A stretch of 64,000 nucleotides of DNA from Mytilus trossulus (taxonomy: Eukaryota): the NCBI RefSeq assembly GCF_036588685.1, contig NC_086378.1, positions 34,038,001 to 34,102,000 of the forward strand. Reading direction: 5' to 3'. This document shows, in pieces, positions 56,298-64,000 of this stretch (position 1 is its first letter; each line of letters begins with the position of its first letter). A model generated the notes under the pieces. The model ran no database searches, had not been told where the DNA came from, and saw only the letters and a list, made by a program, of their open reading frames with translations. The position numbers and the translations under genes are program-made.

Positions 56298-57478
56298 TCA
56301 CCACTTACATAAAGCTGGCGTTGATTGGTCCGCATATCTTAAATCTGATTGGACTGATTTGTAAGGGACTTTGACAGTTTTCAATCCATTTTTTACTGAA
56401 AAACTGCTCAACCCAAGCTGACAGTAAAAATGCCCCCTTTTTTCATTCATAATTACAGTTTCTGATCATCCCTCATAGCTCAACAATAGTAAATTAGTGT
56501 CACGGTTTCAATATGATAAATCTGAAGAAGAAAAATAATAATAATGAAAAAAGGTCAAAATACATGCAGAAACATTAAGGAAAGGAACGAAAAATAAAAA
56601 CAGGAAAAAATAAAAATAAAATGCAGTTATAACACAAACAAAGCGAAATAAAAATAAAAAAACAGAAACAAATGGAATTACACATTCCCGACATGACATT
56701 GTGCGGATCGGCTGAGTTTCTTTATTGTTGTATTATGTCATATTTATGTATATTTAATATAAAAAAAGAAGATGTGGTATGATTTTCATTTGGGCTGGGC
56801 ACATTTGTCACATTGTCTGATTGTCGGTGTGCTTACATCAATTCCACATCTTTAATACACAAACAATAACTAAATAAAGACAGAAAGACAGAGAGAGAGA
56901 TGCTGAAAAAAATGGAAAAAGGAAAAGAATGGAAAGTACATATCATATATAAAAGTGTTGACGAAAGAGATAATGTTAACAAAAACTATAAATAATTATA
57001 ATAATAAAAAAAAACCACACACCTTCTCAGATGAATCTAAGCATGCTCGCATCAATAACCAAGAGAGAGAAAGAAGAGAGCAGACTAGTATTAAATATAA
57101 ATACTATCAGTGGTTTTTTTTCCCCCCGACAAACATTATATGATTTAACTGAGCTACTTGTGGGTTCAAAGAGTCAGAAAGTACGACAATAAATGTTCTG
57201 ATGAAGAAGACTGAAAAAGTTACTAGACTTAGTGTTATGCTATAAGAACTGTACTTAAATGGGATGCGTTAGAGAGAGAAGAAAAGAAGAATCACGGAAG
57301 AAGGGACATTTATATTTTAGACATTTTTTATTTGTTATGTAGTAGAATATATTTTTTTCAATTATGTATGGGGAATAAAGTATTACTAAGATGTACAACA
57401 ATTTTAGACTCTTTTTGAAAAATATTGGTGGCCCTGAAAAGGGCCGTTGTTAAGTGAGTAATCCGATATATCCACTTT

Positions 57479-57862
<384 letters not shown>

Positions 57863-58132
57863 CTATTTGGTTGATCGACACTGAGTAAAGTGATACAATT
57901 TTTCTTCAAAATTTAGCTTATATACCCACTAAACGGATTGAACGATGTTTTTATTATACACCAATCAGAACGAAGCTCTCTGCGAGCAGTTAGGCTACCG
58001 AACATTCAACATGTTATGGGTGCTCTCTCCGAGGTTCGCGTTTAATAAAATCTTTCAATCCGTTTTGCCCAGTATATAAACAAATTGAAAATAATTTTTC
58101 ACCATTACTTATTTGATTATCAAACCAGTAAC

Positions 58133-58507
58133 ATGCCACCCAAAGTAGGAACTAAAGGAGCCAAGAAGGCCGTCACCAAGGCAAAGACTGCCAGACCCGG
58201 CGGTGATAAGAAAAGGAGGAGGAAGAGACGTGAATCCTATGCTATCTACATCTACAAAGTCTTGAGACAAGTTCACCCCGACACCGGAGTGTCCTCAAAG
58301 GCAATGTCCATCATGAACAGCTTCGTCAACGATATCTTCGAGAGAATCGCAGCAGAGGCTTCCCGATTGGCACACTACAACAAAAGATCTACCATCACAT
58401 CCCGGGAGATCCAGACCGCTGTCCGTCTTCTCTTACCCGGAGAATTGGCCAAGCACGCTGTCAGTGAAGGTACCAAAGCCGTCACTAAATACACCAGCAG
58501 CAAGTAA
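58133..58507 (+). CDS. H2B: Histone H2B
   Basis: 124-aa H2B from MPPKVG. Confidence 0.98.
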   Translation: MPPKVGTKGAKKAVTKAKTARPGGDKKRRRKRRESYAIYIYKVLRQVHPDTGVSSKAMSIMNSFVNDIFERIAAEASRLAHYNKRSTITSREIQTAVRLLLPGELAKHAVSEGTKAVTKYTSSK

Positions 58508-59359
58508 ACAGTCTGAAGTTTATAACTTCACAAACGGCCCTTTTCAGGGCCACCAACATTTTTCAAAAAGAATTTACATTTGTTGTACATCAATGTCAAA
58601 CTTCTAAACAAAGCTATAAATCCCAACCCCAGCTATAACCACTTTCAAACTATTTCAATAGTATATGGTTACTTTTCTCTTCTTTCTATCTGTATAACAA
58701 ATATACGTGTATTTCACTCATTCTGTAGCATTTAATTTGTCTGTCAAAACTACAAAGCGTAAATACATAAATCATGAAGAACAAAACAGTGCTTTCATTC
58801 CAATTAATAGAGTTGATAAATTTACGATTTCTTTTGCTTTTCGAGAGAAAAAAAATATTGCGAGAATTATTTTACACGGAAACAAGAACATTACCTAATC
58901 TTAAACCACGCAAAAAAAACCTCTATAATTGAATATAACAGAATCTACAGATTTTGTGTGTAAAAGTCCGTGCATTTTGTTTTGAAATTTTCTCTCTTCA
59001 TGTAGGCAAATGCACGGACTTGATCTTTGAACGTATTCATAAACCTTCAGAAATATAAATTCTCAAATAAATACAAGAGTAAGAGTAAGGAAGTTAATTA
59101 AAAAGAAAGCCAGATATTTAAAAAAAAAAAGGGGGGGGGGGGGGGTATAACGAGAGAGAGAAAATAGTTGCGGATCAGGATCAGGGAAAACAAGAAAAAC
59201 GGTTGAAAAATTCATGAACATTAGAGAAAAGAATAGAAGTGGGAGCAAGCTTTGATTTCAAGATTTTGTTTAAAACGATGTACAACAAATCTAAGATTCT
59301 TTTTGAAAAATGTTGGTGGCCCTGAAAAGGGCCGTTGTTGATATTAGCTGGGTGGCTGT

Positions 59360-59677
<318 letters not shown>

Positions 59678-61394
59678 CTATTTGTGGTGATTAGTTAAAT
59701 AATACTTTCCGTCTAACAGCGACTCTTTATATATCACCAACGCGGCCGTAAAAGAAGTATCACACATTTTCAGTTAACTGTTGTCTGATTGGCTTACGTT
59801 GTTTTATTCCGGGAGGTAACTCTGTACTGCCTTAAACTGTGTACACTTTCAATCCACTTTTTCATTCTAGGTCTGAAAAATATAATAATTCATATCAGAC
59901 AGTAAATTTTTAAGAAAAAACTATTATTTCAATCGGAATAAAAATGACTGAAGGAGACAAAAAAAGTTCCAAAATGTTGAAAAGTTTTCATTTTAAGATA
60001 GAATAGTATGATAAATAAATGATAAATGAAAATCACTTTAGACAGTCAAAATTATAAAGATAATTATTTGCTTTCTCTGAACAGACATTTTCATTCAATG
60101 ACAATACACATTTCAACTTAATGGAATGGAATTTAGTTGGGGAAAAAATAAACCTCACAGACATATCTAGGAATACTGGTTATCTATTTGTCTATTTGAT
60201 GTATCCAGAAATTGGATACATCACAGGATTTTACATGCTTGCAGTTTTCTACCTGTCTTTCATAACTCAACATCATCTGTCAAAGCTGTGCTTGCCATCC
60301 ATCAACGATCTGCTGCAGGTACTTCAGATCATAAATGGGAGAATGTATGAATAAAACTGTTACTGTTATTACTATTAAAGATTTTTTTTTCTAGGTATTA
60401 CAGTGAAGAAAAGAGATGCCCCTGACTGCGGGTAAAACTTCTTATGTGTGCATCTTCCTTTCAATTTTATTTTTAAACGCCATTCTATATTTATCCACAG
60501 TATGACGATGACAATTTCATCAGCCAATCCAATAAAAATGTTAATGCGCACACATGTACTTACTATTCTGAAGACTTCTTTTAGCCAGAAAAGTTTATAA
60601 TAAGTCTGAAAACCACTTTTTATCATATAAAAAAGCTTATAAGTGCAAGATATATGCTTACATGGACTTCCTACATTGAAATTTTGTGGGGACTACTTGG
60701 ACCCGTACCGAAATTATATTAATTTAAATAGAAATTTCATGATTTTGTTAACTAGCAGCAAGACAAGACTCTAAAGTGGACAAAATATATTACTACATAC
60801 ATGATAAAAAAATTCTTTACAATTCTGACTGAAAAAGAGCTCTAAATTTTTGATAAAAGTACCCTGTAATATCAGCTTTTCTAAAAGAAATATTCAAATT
60901 AATGAATTATACAAGATATTTAAACTCTAACTTAAAAAAAAAGGTTATATTTTGGCCAGTTGGTGGTTCTCTTTCTTTGGTCTAGACTACTGGTGTAAAT
61001 AATACATCAAAAGAAGACAAGACAAAACAAGCGAAGAAAAGAAAAGAACAGAAGTACAGATAGAAACATTTATATGTTGATCTTTTTTTATATAATGTAC
61101 TATTTAATATTCTACACACAAGGACATACATGTACCATGATAAACAAACACCCCCCTTTTTTTTGTGATGAGACTTGTGTGTATATATATATCATAAAAT
61201 TTATTTTTTGTCTATGTATTGCTTTGCATATAGATGGATTCAACAAGAAGAAATAAAAGAGAGAGAGAGAGATGGGGAAAAGAGGGGTTCGGCTATGTTT
61301 CTAATTTTCATGTACAACAATTTATAGATTCTTTTTGAAAAATATTGGTGGCCCTGAAAAGGGCCGTTATGTTTTGGTGAAAAAATCACACTTC

Positions 61395-62150
<756 letters not shown>

Positions 62151-62877
62151 TTATTCATGAAGGCACACATTCGGAAGGATTTGCAAGGCAATAAAAAATG
62201 AACATACGCATATATAATATACTAATAGCGGACATCTACTATTATATTATACCTTCTTATCTTTTCTCTAACCAGGAATAAACTAACAAAATTCAGGTGG
62301 TTCTTCTGGTGTACCATATTCCCCATGCATGCTCCGAACTGGTTTACATTATTCCTTGTTTATATATGGTCCACTGCTCAGGTGCACTTGACTGGTCTAT
62401 CTGAAAACACATTTCCTGGTAATAGTGTTTAACATCCAACCAAAGGTTTGTCAATACATTTACTATAGGGTTTGTTCTTTGCTAGTTGAGAAGTAATAGT
62501 AAATATTTTCCAACGGATTTAGATTTCATTTTTATCCATCTACAAACTTGACAACAAATAAATGAAAAAGAAATTATTATTTCAAAGCAAAGAAAACTTT
62601 TTAAGGCTTAGCAAGAATAGATGAGAAATATTCAATCTTGAAAGTTTCCTCAAATTCTTGTCATTCTAGTCATTTGATGACGTTACCAGTTACCTATCAG
62701 TAGATCATCAAAATCTATTCTGTGAATTACAGGATTGGAATAAAGATTGACCAATGATTTATTACATATACAAAAATATTTTACTTTTGATATGAATTCA
62801 ACAAATATGAGATGTTCTAAAATATTGCATGAATTAATAATTATTAATGTGTTACATATTTATTGTTATAAAACACC

Positions 62878-63005
62878 CAGAGACAGATTTAGGGGAGGGG
62901 GAGACCCTTTTCTGGAGAAAATTTAGTTGATTATATCGATAATCACTGAAGTATATTTGCAGTGGGCCCAATCTGGGATATTTGAACATTTCTGGTTCAC
63001 GACAC
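62878..63005. mobile_element. Degenerate MITE-like interspersed repeat
   Basis: Starts CAGAGACAGATTTAGGGGAGGGGG and ends ATTTCTGGTTCACGACA; looks like a decayed CAGGGGCGGAT.../...TGGATCCGCCACTG element recalled from mussel genomes. Confidence 0.45.
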
Positions 63006-63196
63006 CTACCCTACAACATTAATTGGTAATATTTACACATTTAAACCAATCAATATCAAGCCATTAATATCGTACATATAAATGAGACACTAAGAATTCG
63101 CAATATTTTTATACATGTATAAAATATACTCAATAAACTCCCCTCCTCATTTATACCATGATAATATTTTGTACTCCCAATCTGAAAAATGGCTGT

Positions 63197-63310
63197 GTAC
63201 TTAATTAATGACATAATCAATAAAAGTATTTAATTAATGACATAATCAATAAAAGTACTTAATTAATGACATTATAAATATATGTAGTTAATTAATAACA
63301 TAATCATTAT
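63197..63310. repeat. 29-bp minisatellite, ~4 copies
   Basis: GTACTTAATTAATGACATAATCAATAAAA-like units start at 63197, 63226, 63255, 63284. Confidence 0.92.
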
Positions 63311-63494
63311 GTGTAAATAACTTATGACAAACTATTAACTAACAAAATATCTTTTCCCCACATTCAGTTTATATTCATAAGTTAAGGGGGGATGGGGGTA
63401 AGCAGAGTTCCAGTGACCCTGTGCTGGCTATATGATTTATTACTGCAATGTCCCAGTCATAAAATTGTTCATAAAATTGAACATCTTTATATAA

Positions 63495-63622
63495 TACTGT
63501 ATCTTAAATATTTTGTAAAACACATTCTCTTACTAAGTCTTAAATGTATTGAGAAGCTCAGACTTGTTCATCTTACTGCATCTTAAATCTGTTGAAAAAC
63601 ACATTCTTGTACATCTTACTAC
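63495..63622. repeat. Degenerate 43-bp tandem repeat, ~3 copies
   Basis: TACTGCATCTTAAATCTGTTGAAAAACACATTCTTGTACATCT-like units start at 63495 (shortened), 63531, 63574, 63617 (partial). Confidence 0.75.
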
Positions 63623-63633
63623 AGTCTTGTACA

Positions 63634-63770
63634 CAGTGGTGAATCCAAAGGGAGGCTTCCATACATTGGAACCCCCCTTTTTTGAATTTGAATGGGCATA
63701 TAGTTGGAACCCGACCCCCCTTTCACCTGGGGTGGGACCCGCCATTTAAAAAGGGCCGGACATTGCAGTG
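63634..63770. mobile_element. Degenerate MITE-like element with G/C-run internal motifs
   Basis: Starts CAGTGGTGAATCCA and ends GGCCGGACATTGCAGTG (imperfect terminal inverted repeat); internal repeated TTGGAACCC motifs. Confidence 0.5.
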
Positions 63771-64000
63771 GGACGTATAGTTTGAACCCCTTTTCGCTTT
63801 TGTTTGGACCCCTCCCTTTGCATACTTATTCTAGAGAACAAAACACTTCTTACTACATTTTTTGTCAGATTTGAAACAGCTTATACTCAAAACAACAAAT
63901 GAATTTTCTTATTATATAAGATTCAATATGCATTATTTGAGAGTTGAAATTACTCATTTTTAGGTAGTATATTTTTCTGGATCTTGAGGTTTAAATAATT

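Noticed and set aside
63197-63310. CRISPR-like array
   Set aside because: Units are contiguous with no unique spacers, the context is eukaryotic, and there are no cas genes

Overview
Animal genomic DNA, very probably a marine mussel (Mytilus-type H2B/H2A tails; inferred from recalled protein sequences, not from a search). Bases 1-61556 are a tandem array of about 11 near-identical ~5.61-kb units of replication-dependent core histone genes arranged H4> <H2B H2A> H3>. No H1 gene and no recognisable 5S rRNA gene is present. Three 100-N scaffold gaps split the array into four contigs, and both apparent inversions fall exactly on gaps. All four genes share a ~60-nt 3' cassette: a stem-loop, a purine-rich downstream element and an extra conserved TTGTTGTACAT. 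They also share a GGATTGAA/TTCAATCC promoter motif; H3 has CACAAAAA where the others have a TATA box. One H2B and one H2A copy carry 1-nt frameshifts that may be sequencing errors. The array stops abruptly inside an H3 gene at codon 83 (61556). It is joined there to unique AT-rich flank that contains a possible decayed transposon-type coding relic, two degenerate MITE-like elements and two minisatellites. I found no convincing novel protein-coding system. The best leads are the array breakpoint and the shared non-coding motifs.
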